Source of the DNA: Podospora anserina
Taxonomy: Eukaryota
Direction: 5' to 3'
Length of the DNA: 64,000 nt
Assembly (NCBI GenBank): GCA_017654855.1
Contig: CM030336.1
Span: forward strand, 2,294,001 to 2,358,000
Shown: positions 47,175 to 60,438 of the stretch, piece after piece
Position numbering within the stretch: the stretch's first letter is position 1
How the letters are laid out: each line of letters starts with the position of its first letter
The notes under the pieces: model-generated
Told to the model about the DNA's origin: nothing
Database searches by the model: none
Seen by the model: only the letters and a program-made list of their open reading frames with translations
Translations under genes and position numbers: made by a program

Positions 47175-50100
47175 ATGGATCCCACCATCCAGCGCGCCCT
47201 GAACGACAAGCTCTATGATAAGCGCAAGGTTGGCGCTCTCGAGTATGTTTTTTTTTTTTTTTTTTTTTTTCATATCTACATCGCATTGCATACACAGCTG
47301 CATACCCGGGCCCGCCCAGGCTGCAGGCAAACAGCCTCTTTCCCCTCCACCTTGCCCCTGATTCGATAATGGCTTCCTTCACATGACAAAGGATGAATGT
47401 AACTTACATCTAACTCTCACACAGTCTTGAGCGCGTCATTCGCGAGGTAGTTGCCAAACAGGATAACGCCAGAATTGAGGCCATTCTCGACCAGCTGTGC
47501 AACGACTATGCCTACGCTGTCCACCAGCCCCATGCCCGCAACGGTGGGTTGATCGGCCTGGCCGCTGCTGCCATTGCCTTGGGTTCTGTATGTTCTTGTC
47601 TTCCCTCCTCTTCTCTGATATTCCCCTACCGTCACACCATTTGGGTGGCATGACGCCTACGTGCTACCGACCTCTTGCTTACCCGTGACCGTCCTTCGGT
47701 TTGCTACGAACAGGAACTCGCCAGATACCTTGAGGTCATTGTGCCACCGGTCCTAGCCTGCTTCACAGACCAGGATGCACGAGTCCGATACTATGCCTGC
47801 GAGGCCATGTATAACATTGCCAAGGTCGCAAAGGGCGAAATCCTCATCTATTTCAACCACATCTTCGATGCCCTCTGCAAGGTAGGCAGTCTCACTTGTT
47901 CTCCTTTTTCCCGCATACCCTTGTCTCACTATCTCTCTCGACACCTCTAGCTTGGTGCCGACTCGGAACTGTCAGTCAAGAACGGTGCCGAGTTGCTCGA
48001 TCGTCTCATCAAAGATATCGTCTCAGAATCAGCAGCAACCTACGTTTCTGTCTTGGAGCAGCCGCCGCCATACCAAGAGGACGATAAGGACGTTCTGGAT
48101 GACACGAATGAACTGCCAACGGCCTTCTCCCTGAAGAAGTTTATACCACTTCTTCGTGACCGCATTTATGCCATCAACCCTTTCACACGGACCTTTCTTG
48201 TGGGCTGGATTATTCTCCTGGACTCTATTCCAGACCTGGAGCTTGTCACTTTCCTGCCTGAATTTCTCGGAGGCCTGTTGCGATTCCTGAGTGACCCCAA
48301 CCGGGACGTTCACGTGGCGACGCAGGGCTGCTTGGACAAGTTCCTCAACGAGATCAAGAGGATCGCCCGCATCAAGAAGGGGATCGCCGAGAGCAAAAAG
48401 TCAAAGGGCGAGGGCAAACGGAAAAGAGAGGACTCGGTTGAGAGCGGGAGCATACGCCCCACTCTCGAAGAAGGCGACGAGGTGGATTCCGAAACGGCAG
48501 CCGACGACGATGAGCTGGATAGCGAGGATGACTGGGTTCCAGGCCAAGACGTGCAGATCAACCACAAGGCGATCCTGGAGATTCTGACTGCCACACTTGA
48601 CTCACCGCTGGGTAAGCCGCCCTTCGACAACGGTCGCCAAAAGACTGCTAATCTCACCCCGAATCCAGAAGAAGACGGACTGCTGGAGTCGCTCCGCTGG
48701 ATTGTCGAATTTCTTGACATCTGCCCGGAGGAGGTACTCCCGTTTACTCCCAAGATTCTAGCTCATCTCTTGCCAGCAATGGCCAGTGGGGTTGAGTCAA
48801 TTCGCCAGGCTGCCGCCAGGGTCAACACGTCACTGATGGACTATGTCGTCTCACTCTCTGACGATGCTGAGCTCGCAACCATTCCGCACCAGCTGTCTAG
48901 GATGCCGCACGGCGATCGCCAGGACGGAACCACAAGCGCCCGGGCATCCCTTTCCAGCTCGAGAGAGCTTGAGATACGAAGTCCCACGCCGGCCACGGGC
49001 AAGCCTCTTCCACGGACTCCAACCCCGGGCACGTCTGGCGCTTTGCAACCACAAGCAGATCTTGATTATGCCGCTGCGGTAAACTCACTAACCCTGCTGT
49101 TTTTGAACGACCACGAAGCCACCCGTGTCGCTGCCCTCACGTGGCTCATCATGTTGCACCGCAAAGCACCCAGAAAAGTGCTGGCGTTTAACGATGGCAC
49201 CTTCCCTGCACTTCTCAAGACACTCTCTGACCCAGCCGAAACAGTCGTCACCAAAGATTTGCAACTACTTTCACAGATATCAAGGAATAGCGAAGACGAC
49301 TATTTCACCAATTTTATGGTAAACTTGCTGCAGCTGTTCTCAACGGACCGGAAGCTTCTCGAGACAAGAGGAAACCTGATAATTCGCCAGCTTTGTACCA
49401 GCCTCAGCGCGGAACGGATATACCGGACGCTTGCGGACTGTATCGAGAAGGAGGAGGATGTGGAGTTTGCTAGTATCATGGTCCAGAACTTGAACAACAA
49501 CTTGATCACGGCACCAGAGTTGGCAGAACTGAGGAAGCGGTTGAGGAATCTGGAGACGAAGGTTTGTGCCGAATTTGTTGAATGCGTCGAGAAGCTACTA
49601 ACTATGACTACAGGATGGACAAACATTCTTCGTGGCGCTCTTTCGATCGTGGTGCTATAACGCTGTGGCAACGTTCTCGCTTTGTCTATTGGCGCAGGCG
49701 TATGAGCAGGCATATAACCTCCTACAAATCTTGTATGCTTCTCCCTCTGCGCAGTGAAAGTGTGTCTACTAACCTTACAACAGTGCCGAGCTTGAAATGA
49801 CAGTCAACATCCTCATTCAGATTGACAAGTTGGTGCAGCTCCTGGAGTCGCCGGTCTTTACATGTATGTCTGATCTTCCCTCAGCGTGTGGAATGGTAAA
49901 TGGTGCTGACAGTTTGCCCAAACAGACCTTCGTCTCCAGCTTTTGGAGCCAGAGAAATACCCGCATCTGTACAAGTGCTTGTATGGCCTTCTTATGCTTC
50001 TTCCGCAATCATCGGCCTTTGCGGCTCTCAAAAACCGGTTGAACAGTGTTAGTTCCATTGGGTATCTGCATATTGCGCCGAGACCGTACGTCCCACCTCA

Positions 50101-50555
50101 TGCCTGTTGACAGTATCACTTACTAACATGATGTTTGCAGCAACGCAACAACACCGTCGGTGCCCTCATTTGATCGCCCCAACCGATTGAAGGGCCGGGA
50201 AGAAGGCATCATCCGTTGGGCTGAGCTCTTGGAGAAGTTCCGGACGGTGCAAGAAAGGGCAAGGCGTCTACAAAGGCTGGGCGCAGACACGGATGATTCT
50301 CCGTTTGGAGTAGGAGATCTTAGGATAGGTGGGGGCGATGGAACCGGGGACATGAAGCCGGCGACAGGAAGAGAAGGCGGCGGTACAGGGCCTTCTCGGA
50401 ATGCAGGAGGGGGTGGTAGGGACTCTCCGGCCGGCGGAACGAATAACGCGAACTCGGCACCGGCGAAACCGGAACCGCCGCCAAAGACCAGGACTGGACT
50501 GGGGAGACAGCTGGGGAGGTTTGGGGTGGCTGGGCGAGGCAAGCGGAACCCCTGA
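47175..50555 (+). CDS. VAC14: Vac14, scaffold of the Fab1/Fig4 PI(3,5)P2 complex; introns 47243-47424, 47588-47713, 47882-47950, 48612-48668, 49562-49613, 49733-49783, 49864-49925, 50086-50140
   Basis: Motifs [92 protein letters not shown] and [17 protein letters not shown]. Confidence 0.95.
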
Positions 50556-50963
50556 TCCGAATCTCTTGTTGCAAGTTGTTTGCCCCGCATCAACACCCAG
50601 CACTACCTGCCTGTCCTTTTGGAACCCGTTTTTGGTTGTCAATTTTGTTTTGAAGCGAGCAGGCGAGCGCGCGAGTTTGGTTGATGGCTTTGACTGCTTG
50701 GTGCTTGATTTACATGATTTTTTGGTTTTGGGGTTTATTGTTTTTTTATTGCATAGCAAAGTTGGCCTCGTTTTGTTTACTTTATATCATGCATGCCTTG
50801 GTTTGGCCTTTTTTTTTTTTTTTTTTTTTTTTTGGTCCCCTTCTATACTTGGTCCGTCCTGCCTTTTTGCTTGCTCAGTGCCACACAACAAAAGAAGACA
50901 AAAACATTCAGCGACCAAAGCTCAAGTGATGATATCCTTCTAACAGGTACAATCTATCTCTAG

Positions 50964-51904
50964 ATCATCAGCCAACAACGCAAACAACCCAGTCCCAAGT
51001 GACCCAACCCGCCAGACCCCCATCATCACAGCAACAGGATGCTAGTCAAGAAGAGCGCAGTCATCGTCGGACAGCGACTGAACAGAAACACGATTACAAA
51101 CGCTCGCAAAGCCAGACCCGAGCCCGTAGTCAGACTCGTCAGCCGCCGAATCCGATACCTGTACAGCAAGCACGGAATCAGAGCCGGACGCGGGATTCGG
51201 CTGTTCAGAGCGGCGGAGGAGGAGGAGGAGGGAGTTCAAGCAGGAGCTTGAGCCTGACGCGCCACCCGAGCTCGGTCAGGAGCCAGAGTCAAGGGGCTAC
51301 GACGAGGAGTTACAACCAGCATAACCTCGGGAGGAAGGCGAGTCAGTTTTACAGTCAGGGGTTTGGGGAGGCGGGCGTGGGGATCAAGGAGGAGAAGGAG
51401 ATGGAGGAGAGGGAAGAGGGGGAGGAGGAGGTTGAGGCTGGGGCGAGGAAGGGTAGTCTTGTGAGTGGTAATGGAGGAGAGGGGGGGGATGTTGGGAGGA
51501 AGAGCAGTCTTGCGAGTAGTACTAACGCTGGGAAGAGTGGTGAGGGGGTCAAGACGGATAATGGTGTTGATGGGGTTGTTGGGGATGGCGGGAGGAGGAC
51601 GGTGAGTACGGCTAGTTCCAGTGGGGGTAAGGAGAGGGGAAGTATCAGGTGGGCGGTGAAGGATAGTAATGGGAAGGAGATTGAAGGGGGTAAAAATGGG
51701 GTTAAAGAGGGGAAGAATGATGATGGGTGGAAGAATGTCAAGAGTGCTAATGGGATATCAGTTGGGAGTGTCAAGGGGAGGAATAGTGCCGAGGTGGTAA
51801 AGGATGTCACTGGAGATGGCAAAGCTGCCAAGAATGGCACAGGGGCTGTTGCTGCGGAAGGGAAAAGCGGAGGAAAACCTGAGAATGGAAACGGAGACAC
51901 ATGA
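50964..51904 (+). CDS. Orphan low-complexity (S/R/Q- then G/E/K-rich) terminal exon; start codon not identified
   Basis: A stop-free frame of more than 300 codons is preceded by a CTAAC branch site (~50940) and a TAG acceptor (50963). There is no in-frame ATG until 51401. Confidence 0.45.
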
Positions 51905-52038
51905 ATCTGAGAATCAATGAGGAATGACGGGATTTTGGTGCACATGGAGGGTCGTCGTCGCAGTGTCGAATAGTTATGAGACGTTGAAATAGAGCTGAAT
52001 TTTGGCCGACAAAGGCATTCAATAATGCCAATCTCGTA

Positions 52039-53055
52039 TCACCTCCTCCCAATTGTTCCGCTCCTCCCCTTCTTTGGCGTCTCTCTTTCCACCAACCCCT
52101 CAAACACACTATCCCTCCTCTCCGTCACCCTCGTCAATTCAATCCTCAGATTCTCCAACTCTTCCCTCGCAGCGTCAATATCATGCGGCAATCCAGCAAA
52201 CCCAGCCAGCTGGGCATCTAATTCCTTCTTCTGCTGCAACAACCCCAGATACGCCTGCTCTTGGGCGTGAATCTCCTGAATGCTTACACTCTGATCTCTA
52301 TCAGCGGATGGATTGGGGGATGCATGCGCAGACAGTTCCTGAACACGGGCCGCAAGGGTCTTGATCCGGCGCTGAGCAGCCAGGTTTGACTTTGCGAGCG
52401 AGGGATGGGGGTGGTAGCCCTCGCTTTTCTTGGTGGCTGTGTTGCTGTTGTCGTCAAGGTTATTATTGTTGTTTTCTTCTTCCGAATGTGACGACGATGG
52501 TCGAGGGCGGGCGTCGATTTCGGATGATAACTTTGAGAGCGCCTCTGACTCGGAGGAGATGTACGAAGTCAAGACGTCGATTCTGGCGAGGGTTTGTTCT
52601 AGCTCTGCCAGTTGAGATTGGAGGGACAAGAGCTCTGATGCTAAAGAGACTGGGTTGGGGGAGGGGGGGGAGTTGAGTTGGAGGGAGAGTTGGGCGAGGG
52701 AGGTTAGGGCTGTTGAGCCTTCACGGGTGAGTGAGTCCTCGAGAGAGGTGAGAATGGATTCACGGCTTGTGGTGAGGAGGTCGTCTTTGGGTTGGTGTTT
52801 TTGGAGTTGGGCGAGGGTCTCGGACTCGAAACGGAGAAGCAAAGCACGCTCCTCGTCTGCGGCTTCGTTGGCAGCAGCGAGGGCCAGGAGGGCTTTGAGG
52901 GTGTCGGCATTGCGCTCGAATGGTGGAGGGGGGCGGTTGGAGGGGAATTTGCGGGCGAGCCAGGTGTCGATGTATGACCAGTCTTTGGCTGCGGAGGCGG
53001 CTGCGCGGGCGATGGATGGTGAGAAGATGGCGGTGTGGTTCAGAAGGTGAGCCAT
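52039..53055 (-). CDS. HAUS augmin-like complex subunit 1 homolog
   Basis: W..IDTWLARKF..PPPFERNADTLKALLALAAANE at the N-terminus and LAGFAGLPHDIDAAREELENLRIEL at the C-terminus match my recollection of HAUS1/AugA. The body is coiled-coil. Confidence 0.75.
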   Translation of the reverse strand: MAHLLNHTAIFSPSIARAAASAAKDWSYIDTWLARKFPSNRPPPPFERNADTLKALLALAAANEAADEERALLLRFESETLAQLQKHQPKDDLLTTSRESILTSLEDSLTREGSTALTSLAQLSLQLNSPPSPNPVSLASELLSLQSQLAELEQTLARIDVLTSYISSESEALSKLSSEIDARPRPSSSHSEEENNNNNLDDNSNTATKKSEGYHPHPSLAKSNLAAQRRIKTLAARVQELSAHASPNPSADRDQSVSIQEIHAQEQAYLGLLQQKKELDAQLAGFAGLPHDIDAAREELENLRIELTRVTERRDSVFEGLVERETPKKGRSGTIGRR

Positions 53056-53676
53056 TGTGTAAGTGAGTGTGAGATGAGGTGTGAGCGGGGAATGTGTGAT
53101 CATTTGGTGTGTGTCAAACTTCTATGATGGGTTTCATGGTTTCAGAAATATGCAGTCTTGAAAGTCATAGAACCAGACGATTCATGGATTTTAAACGTTT
53201 CATCTCATCCCATGTGGTGAGCTTGAAGGGTGTCGTTGATGGGAGCCAAGACACCGGCAGACGTTAGGTGGGCTTGGTGGGCTGGTGGGGCGCTTCTTGC
53301 CGGCTTTGACATACCCACTATCACGGGAAGCTTCTTATTGGCTGGTAACTGCTAAAGTAAACAAACTCCGGAGGTTCCTTGCAGGGGTGCTTCCCGACAC
53401 GTCCAAAGATAATTCTGGACGCGACTTCCTCACAAGCCCATGCGCATGCCTTGCTCTTAATCGACAATTCCTCGGACTCCAGCCTGCTGCTGTCCCCCGC
53501 TCTCAGCATTTTGCCTTATTTTTTTTGTTCGTTGCGCAGCATTTACCACCCATGACGGCGACGGCCTGACAGCAGCATTTATTGTTGTTTTTGTGTGTTT
53601 TTTTGGCCATTTTATTCTCCACAGCAGCCCCGAGACTTTGCGATCGATAATCCGTTTGATTTACCCCCCCATCGCC

Positions 53677-56600
53677 ATGGTGCAGCCAGGCATTGGCGGT
53701 CTCGACACGCCACGAACCAACATTGGAGACGCGACATACCTTGGACGCCAGCCAGACTTTGACCTCTCCCAAGAACTGTCAGATTTCCAGTCACCATCCA
53801 AAGACGCGAATTTATTACAACAGCTCCGTAATGGCGGCCGACCGACCCTCAAGACCCCGCGCGGTGGTCGAGGTCCTCTGAGGGATCGACAAAACCTCCC
53901 CGGATTTGGAGGCAACGAGTTCACCCCCCTCCTCAAGTCTGCGACCCGAAACAGTGCCAGAAGGTATGGCGCTGGCAAGGAAAATGGGCTGGGCCGGGCC
54001 TCGACTCTCAACTTCCTCAACAGAATCGACGAAGATATGACGCCTCTGCCCGCCGGCGAGACTAGCATGTACCTTGGCTCTCGGAACACGTCGTCGATCG
54101 AACACACGCCTCTCCCCGAAGTGGACAGTAGTAGTGTTGCATCCACTCCGCTGGTCATGAGGCGGCGCGACAACAGTGGCAAGGGCCCACTCGAAGACGG
54201 CAACCAGCTCTCGTTGCGTGAGCAAGAAAACGTGATCGACAGGATAGAAAAGGAGAACTTTGGCCTCAAGCTCAAGATTCACTTTTTGGAGGAGGCGTTG
54301 CGCAAGGCCGGGCCGGGATTCAGTGAAGCCGCTCTCAAGGAGAACACGGAGCTCAAAGTCGACAAGGTCACCATGCAACGAGAGCTCCAACGGTACAAGA
54401 AACATCTTACTTCAGCCGAGAAGGACCTCGAGACATACCGACAACAGATTGTCGAGGTACAAGAAAAAGCAAAAAAGAAGTATGCCACCGAGGATCAAGG
54501 TGCCGAGCTGGAGCGACTTAGGCAGGCGCTGGAAGACAAGGAGACCGAGGTGGATAAACTTCAGAGGCAGATAGAGGAGGAACAAAAGGAGCAGGACAAG
54601 CTAGGGAATTTGCAGGACGAAATCACCGACCTTGAACATGACCTTCGAAGAAAAGACGACGTCATTACACAGCAGGAGGACGAGATTGAGGATCTGAAAG
54701 ACAAGGTGACCGAGTTTGAGGAGAAGCTTAAGGAGACACAACGGCGCATGCTGGAGATGGAGGAAAAGGCAAAAGACTCGGACCGTCTTCACGAGGCCAA
54801 GGACACCATCGAAGATCTAGAACACAACGTACGGCGGCTGGAACAGCAAGTCGATGATATGAAGGACAAACTTCAGGACGCAGTGGCCGAAAAAGAACGA
54901 GCCGAGAATGACCTGGAGGAGCTGCAAGAAGAAATGGCAAACAAGTCTGTAGTAACCAAGGGTCTCTCTCGTCAAGTGGAAGAAAAGGTGTCGCGCCTGC
55001 AGGCTGAAGTCGATAAAGCTCGACAGGAGTGCGCCGTCGTGGCGGAGGAACGTGAGGTTCAGCAAAGGGAGATGGAGACCCTGCGGGCAAAGCTCAAGGA
55101 GGCTCGTGAGGAGCGCGATTCTGCTGAACGTCTTCGTCTAGCCATCGAGGGCCAGTTGAACGAGGAGCAGGGGTCACAACGAAAAGAGTTTGATGAGCTC
55201 CGGATGCAGCTCAAATCGGCACGACAGGAGCGAGACGATGCCGAGCGAATCCGCCTATCTCTTGAGGCGAAACTGGACCAGGCACAGGCCGACCTCAACA
55301 TGCGCGCCGACGAAAAGAATCTCCTTCAGACCCGTCATGATGCCCTGACCAATGAATCTGTTTCTCTCCTAGGGGAAGTCCAAAGTCTCCAGAAAGCGGT
55401 GGAGGAGCTCGAGGAAAGTTTGGAACGGGAACAGCAGCATGCTCTTAACATGGAGCGCGATATCCAGAGCCAGTATAAGGACGAAATCGACCGCTTGAAC
55501 GATGAGATCTCCGACCTCCAGGCCGAATGCCGCGAAAAGGATAACCTGTACGACAATGACAGCGAAAAATGGGAAACGGAGCGTCATCAACTCCAGGCAG
55601 AAAAACAGCGGGCCGAGGAGCGGGCTGCTGGTCTCCAGAAGACCATCGACAAGCTACGGGACACCGAGGGTGCTTTGTCGAGCAAAGAATCAAAGCTTCA
55701 AGAAGCTCTACAAAGCGAGACAGAACGCCACAAGAAAGATGAGCTGCTTTTGAAGGTGCAGATTGAACAGCTCCGTTCAGACCTCAATGCCAGACAGTCC
55801 ATGCTGGAGGAGCTTCGCCACGAACTATCTGCTGTCAAGGATGAGCTCCGGCAATCTCAGTTGGATTGCCAAGCGCAGCAGGAAAAGATAGAAGCACTCG
55901 AGGATGAGGTTGAAGTTTTGCAGGTCACCATCGATGAAGAGTCGGAGAGGGCACGCGTCGAACTGGAACAACACCAAGATGAATGTGATCAACTAAGGCA
56001 CGAGATCAACTTGCTCCAGATAAAGGCCGATTCCGCTCAGGCATCTTCCCCCACGACCCGAGAGTCTACAAAGCAGACAAATGACAATGTGGCACGCCTC
56101 AAGTTCCAGCTTGCCGATGCTACGGAGAAGGTATCCCAGCTCACAAAGGAGCGGAGGACCCTTCAGGAGCGTTCTACAACTCTGGACGCCGAGCTCCGAT
56201 CTGTCCGGGCGGCTCTTGAGGAGACGAGAGCGGAGCGTGATGAATTGGAGGCCCAAATCAACGGTCTCAAAGGGCAACAGGGTGCAGACACTTTCAAGAT
56301 CGACCAAGAGAGACTGGACCTCCGTGTCACCAGGACAAAGTTGGAAGCCGAATTACGCCGCTTGAAAGAGGAAAACAAGGCCTTGGCAGAGCGGAAGCAA
56401 GAGGTGGAAAGATCTTTGGAAAGTGAGATTGAGAAGGCTGCAGCTGAGGAGGATCGCCTTGGAGATGAGATCCGCCAACTGCAGGCCAAGCTACGTCAGT
56501 CTACAGACAGCCAGGAGCTTGCCAGCCTTCGCCGAACCATCCGTGAGATGGAGCGCCGTGTACAAGACTACGAAACCCAGCTTGCCGCTCCACAGTTGCC

Positions 56601-58073
56601 AGCTCAGGGACTTGATGGTAACAGTGAACTCTCGTTCCTCCAAAAAGAGCTCTCGGCAGCAAGGAAGAAGGAAATTGAGCAGCTCAAGTCGGAGGCCTCG
56701 CAAAAGGATACCATCAAGTCACTCAAGCGGCAAATCTCCGAACTAGAACGGAAGGCTCATGAAGCAGAGATCAAAAGGTTTGCCTCTTCGCCCTCTTCAC
56801 AGGGCGGTTCCGCCCAGAAGAGTGAGATATCAGAACTCCGTCACCAACTCTCCACGGCCGCTCAGTCAGTACACGATCTCAAGAAAGCTCTGCGAGAAGC
56901 CGAACGCAAGGCCGAGGCCTCTGCTCGTGAGCTAGCGACCCAGCTTGAAGAGATCGAAGACGAGAAACTTCTCCTTGAGCAAGCGCTTGATGACGCCCAA
57001 CTCGCCGCGGAAGAGTCGGCTGCTGCCCATGAAGAAGCCCTCAAGAAGCACAAGGCCAAGATGGAGAGATACAAGAGTGAACGTGATCAACTGGCCGCTG
57101 CCATTCGTGAGCAGCAGCACTTGAACGGCAATGACACCAATCACAGCGAAATGTCTCTCGAGGAGCGCCGTGACTTGCACAAGATGCTCCGCGAGTCTCA
57201 GCTCACTGCCGACAAGCTTGATCGCGAATTGCGCGAGCACCGTGAGGCGTTGGATGAGCTTATGGATGTTGAGATCTCACTGCGGAAGAAGCTAGAACGG
57301 GCAAGGAATGAGAGGGCGGCCTACAGAACCAGCGCCGAGAAGCTCCAGAAGGATTTCAAGAAGCTCCAGGCCCAAAAGGACAAGGCTGTGGCGGAAGCAA
57401 TGGCGGCTACCGAGGAGCGTGCTCTGGTTCGCGTTACTAAGGGTAGTGTGGACACTGACGCGATCATCAGAGCCGCCGAAGCTGCGGAGAGGAGGCATGA
57501 GAAGGAAATCAGGGGCATGGTCATGCAGATGGAGTGGCTCAAAGCCTGCTGGGACCGGGAGGCCAAGCTGAGGAAGGATGCGGCGTTTGCAAAGAAGTAT
57601 CTGCTCCTGGAGGTGCAGATCAGGGATGCTTGGTACGTTTCCCCTCTGCTTGCTCTCTCACTGACGAATAATGCTAACAACAAAACAGCAACAAGGCTGA
57701 CTTGGCGATCATCAACCGGATACGGGCTGAGCTTAACCCTTCGAATCGTAATGCTCTTTCCCAGCTGAGCTCTGTTAGACGGTCGTCAGGCCAATCACAC
57801 CTGCCAAACGGTGACAGCAATGCCATGGTTCTTTACAAGCAACCAAAACCACCAGCAACAAGGCTGAAACGGGCTCTCACCGTTGTCAGATTCATGGTGC
57901 GGATGCAGATGGGTGCCAAGGATTGGCAGAAGCATGAGAAGGTCCGACAGAGGCTGGCAGACTGTGTCGAGGAGATGCAGAGAGAAGAGAGGATAAGGAG
58001 GATGAGGGATCAATGGAGGAAGCAGGTCAAGAAGACTACGAGTAGCCCGGCTGGTAAGGCTGTGCTGGGGTAG
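53677..58073 (+). CDS. pcpA: Spindle pole body pericentrin-like gamma-tubulin receptor (Pcp1/PcpA/Spc110 family); intron 57633-57688
   Basis: SPM-like EFTPLLKS, CM1 motif LSLREQENVIDRIEKENFGLKLKIHFLEE, ~1100 aa of coiled coil and a PACT-like C-terminus REAKLRKDAAFAKKYL...RLKRALTVVRFMVRM....W. Confidence 0.88.
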
Positions 58074-58664
58074 ACTCCAGTTTTACTGTTTGGCTGTGAA
58101 GGGCAGGGTGGGGGGTTAAAAGTCGTTATGGTTATTTCATGTTTGGTTTTGCGGTGGCCTTGATGGAGCAAACGGATGGAATTCTTTTATACTTTCTTAT
58201 ACATCATCGATGGAGTACTGGATGGTTACTCTTCTACGGTTTTACGGGCTTGCACAAGATTATTGGCTGGGTCTATGGCTGGGTCTATGGCTGGGATGGG
58301 AAGAGATTGCATCAGTGACTGGTTTAGATACCTCGGCTTGATATTTACTGTGTGGGCGGGTCACTTTTATGGGAGTTTACTTTGTATCTTGAATTCAATG
58401 CTTTCTACATTCTCATACTCCAATATTGTTGTGTGTAAGACTGTCGAGAGTTGGAAAGGGGTTGGTCCTCGTCGGCCTTGCATGTGCACGGACCATATCA
58501 CTTAAACCTTCCCTAACCCTCTCCAAAACCTTTCTTCACTCACTCTCAACTCATTTCCAGACTTTACATCCTCTCACCCATCGACTACATCAAACTGAAA
58601 GGACATATTCGAAATCCGGCTTCTTAAAATCTCTTAAATCCCAGAAAAGAATCTTCAAGCCAAA

Positions 58665-58922
58665 ATGTCTTCTTCACTAGAACCCCAGCAGCAGCAAAAA
58701 TCCCAAAAGCAAATCGACGCCAAGTTCACATCCTACTACCTCCAGCGCGCGACTCAAGAATTCGGGGAGGCCCTCGACGCGGTCCGCTCAGCCGATGACT
58801 TCAAGCCTGACTCTTCGATCGCCGTGTTGATCAGCGCGCTGCAGCAGGGGACTGGGATGTTTAGTGAGGAGGACAAGAGGGCTGTTATCTGCTCGGAGGG
58901 CGCGGTGAGGTCGTCGAAGTAG
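58665..58922 (+). CDS. RSA3: Ribosome assembly protein 3 (Rsa3)-like
   Basis: FTSYYLQRATQEFGEALDAVRSADDF...SIAVLISALQQGTGMF matches the short conserved Rsa3 domain. Confidence 0.78.
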   Translation: MSSSLEPQQQQKSQKQIDAKFTSYYLQRATQEFGEALDAVRSADDFKPDSSIAVLISALQQGTGMFSEEDKRAVICSEGAVRSSK

Positions 58923-60151
58923 ACTTTTCAGCACATGGAAAATGGAATTTGGATGGTCTTAATCTACTATATGGGAGGAAATGAGGAACGGCGTGTGGAT
59001 ACAGCGGTCCGGAGGAGAGAGGGCGGGTTTCTGAGTTTACACGGCGGTTAGTCGGGGGAAGCTACGTAGATGACGATGGGCTCTAAAACGGCACATATGT
59101 CATTCGATTTGGTGAGCTACCTAAGAAATGGCTTGCTTCCTAAAGAAAGGCTTGGGGGGAAGAGAGGACGGGATAGACGATTCAGTAAAAAGATACCCAG
59201 CAGTTTACACACCCATCATGCACACGGTGATGATAACAAACACTTTACTAGACAAATCTTGTCATCAACATCGATCCCATGCACAACATCCCATAACAAC
59301 TGCCTGCCCCAGAGCATGTGCATATGCGCCCTCGGAAGAAAACACCTGCAGTGCCATACGTACTCCTAGAAATGCACACACATAGGCAAGTAACCGACCC
59401 GCCAGTTTCGTCCACGAGACAAGGCGTCCGGGACCCGGGTCGGCAGTTACATCTGGGTAGGTACCTTTACCAGGTAGATCAACTTCTTCGGGCAAAGCAG
59501 CCGCTCTCCGTTGAAGTGCCTCCATCTCACCATAAAATACAAGAACCTGCAAGCTGGTCACAACAATGAAATAACCCAACCCTTGACCGATACTCAAAAA
59601 CAGAACGCATACTAAGTTAAACAGCCCCAACAACCAGACACCACGCATCATGGATAGTCACACACACACACAACCCAGCACAACACAAGACCTGAAACAA
59701 AAACATAGCACCTAACCTCAAGCAAGCACAACCCAATCCATTGTATTCTTTTCAAACTCCACCAATATATAAAAAAAAACAGAATCTGCAAAAGCGCGCA
59801 ATGTAATATGTAATGTACCAAAGGGGTATATGTATGTGTTCTCTCCCAATCAATCAAAACTCGCCCGACAAAAACGCAGCACACACCAAAAGCAGTTGAT
59901 AAAGTGAATTTCCGTTTCTCCCTTCCTCCCAACCCCTCCCCCCCCCTTCCACCAAAGTAGGTAACCGAGGACAACGGCCAATCTCTTTCCTCAAGTCCCT
60001 CCCAACAGGTGAATGAAAATACAAAAGTTAGGCTTCCCATTCACTCCCCAAAATCAAGCCCCATAGGTCGAAAACGATAACAATTAAACAAAATAAAAAG
60101 TGATAGGTATCCTTTATAACCCATGTGATATGTCATGGGTGTGGTGGCTCT

Positions 60152-60155
60152 GTGC

Positions 60156-60197
<42 letters not shown>

Positions 60198-60202
60198 AAT
60201 GG

Positions 60203-60231
<29 letters not shown>
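60152..60231. repeat. (TG)n microsatellite followed by a ~29 nt poly(A) tract
   Basis: Directly visible, downstream of the metallopeptidase stop codon. Confidence 0.9.
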
Positions 60232-60233
<2 letters not shown>

Positions 60234-60438
60234 AAGACCAGACAAAAAAAAAAGTATATTTCCCAAGCCCGCCACCTCATATGTAACACCCATTAGATTA
60301 GTATCCCCGTTTCTTGTTCCTCTCCCGCGTTTCGCACGATAAGTAAAATCGTGGGTGACGTAGGTTAAAAAAGAAGGAAAAAGTGACAGGTCAAGGAAGC
60401 ACAAAAGAATCTCGGCTGCTGCTCATGTTGTCGAGGGA

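Noticed and set aside
46508..47218. 236-codon ORF upstream of and overlapping the VAC14 start
   Set aside because: GTG start, no recognisable domain, and a composition typical of a C-rich promoter or 5' UTR.
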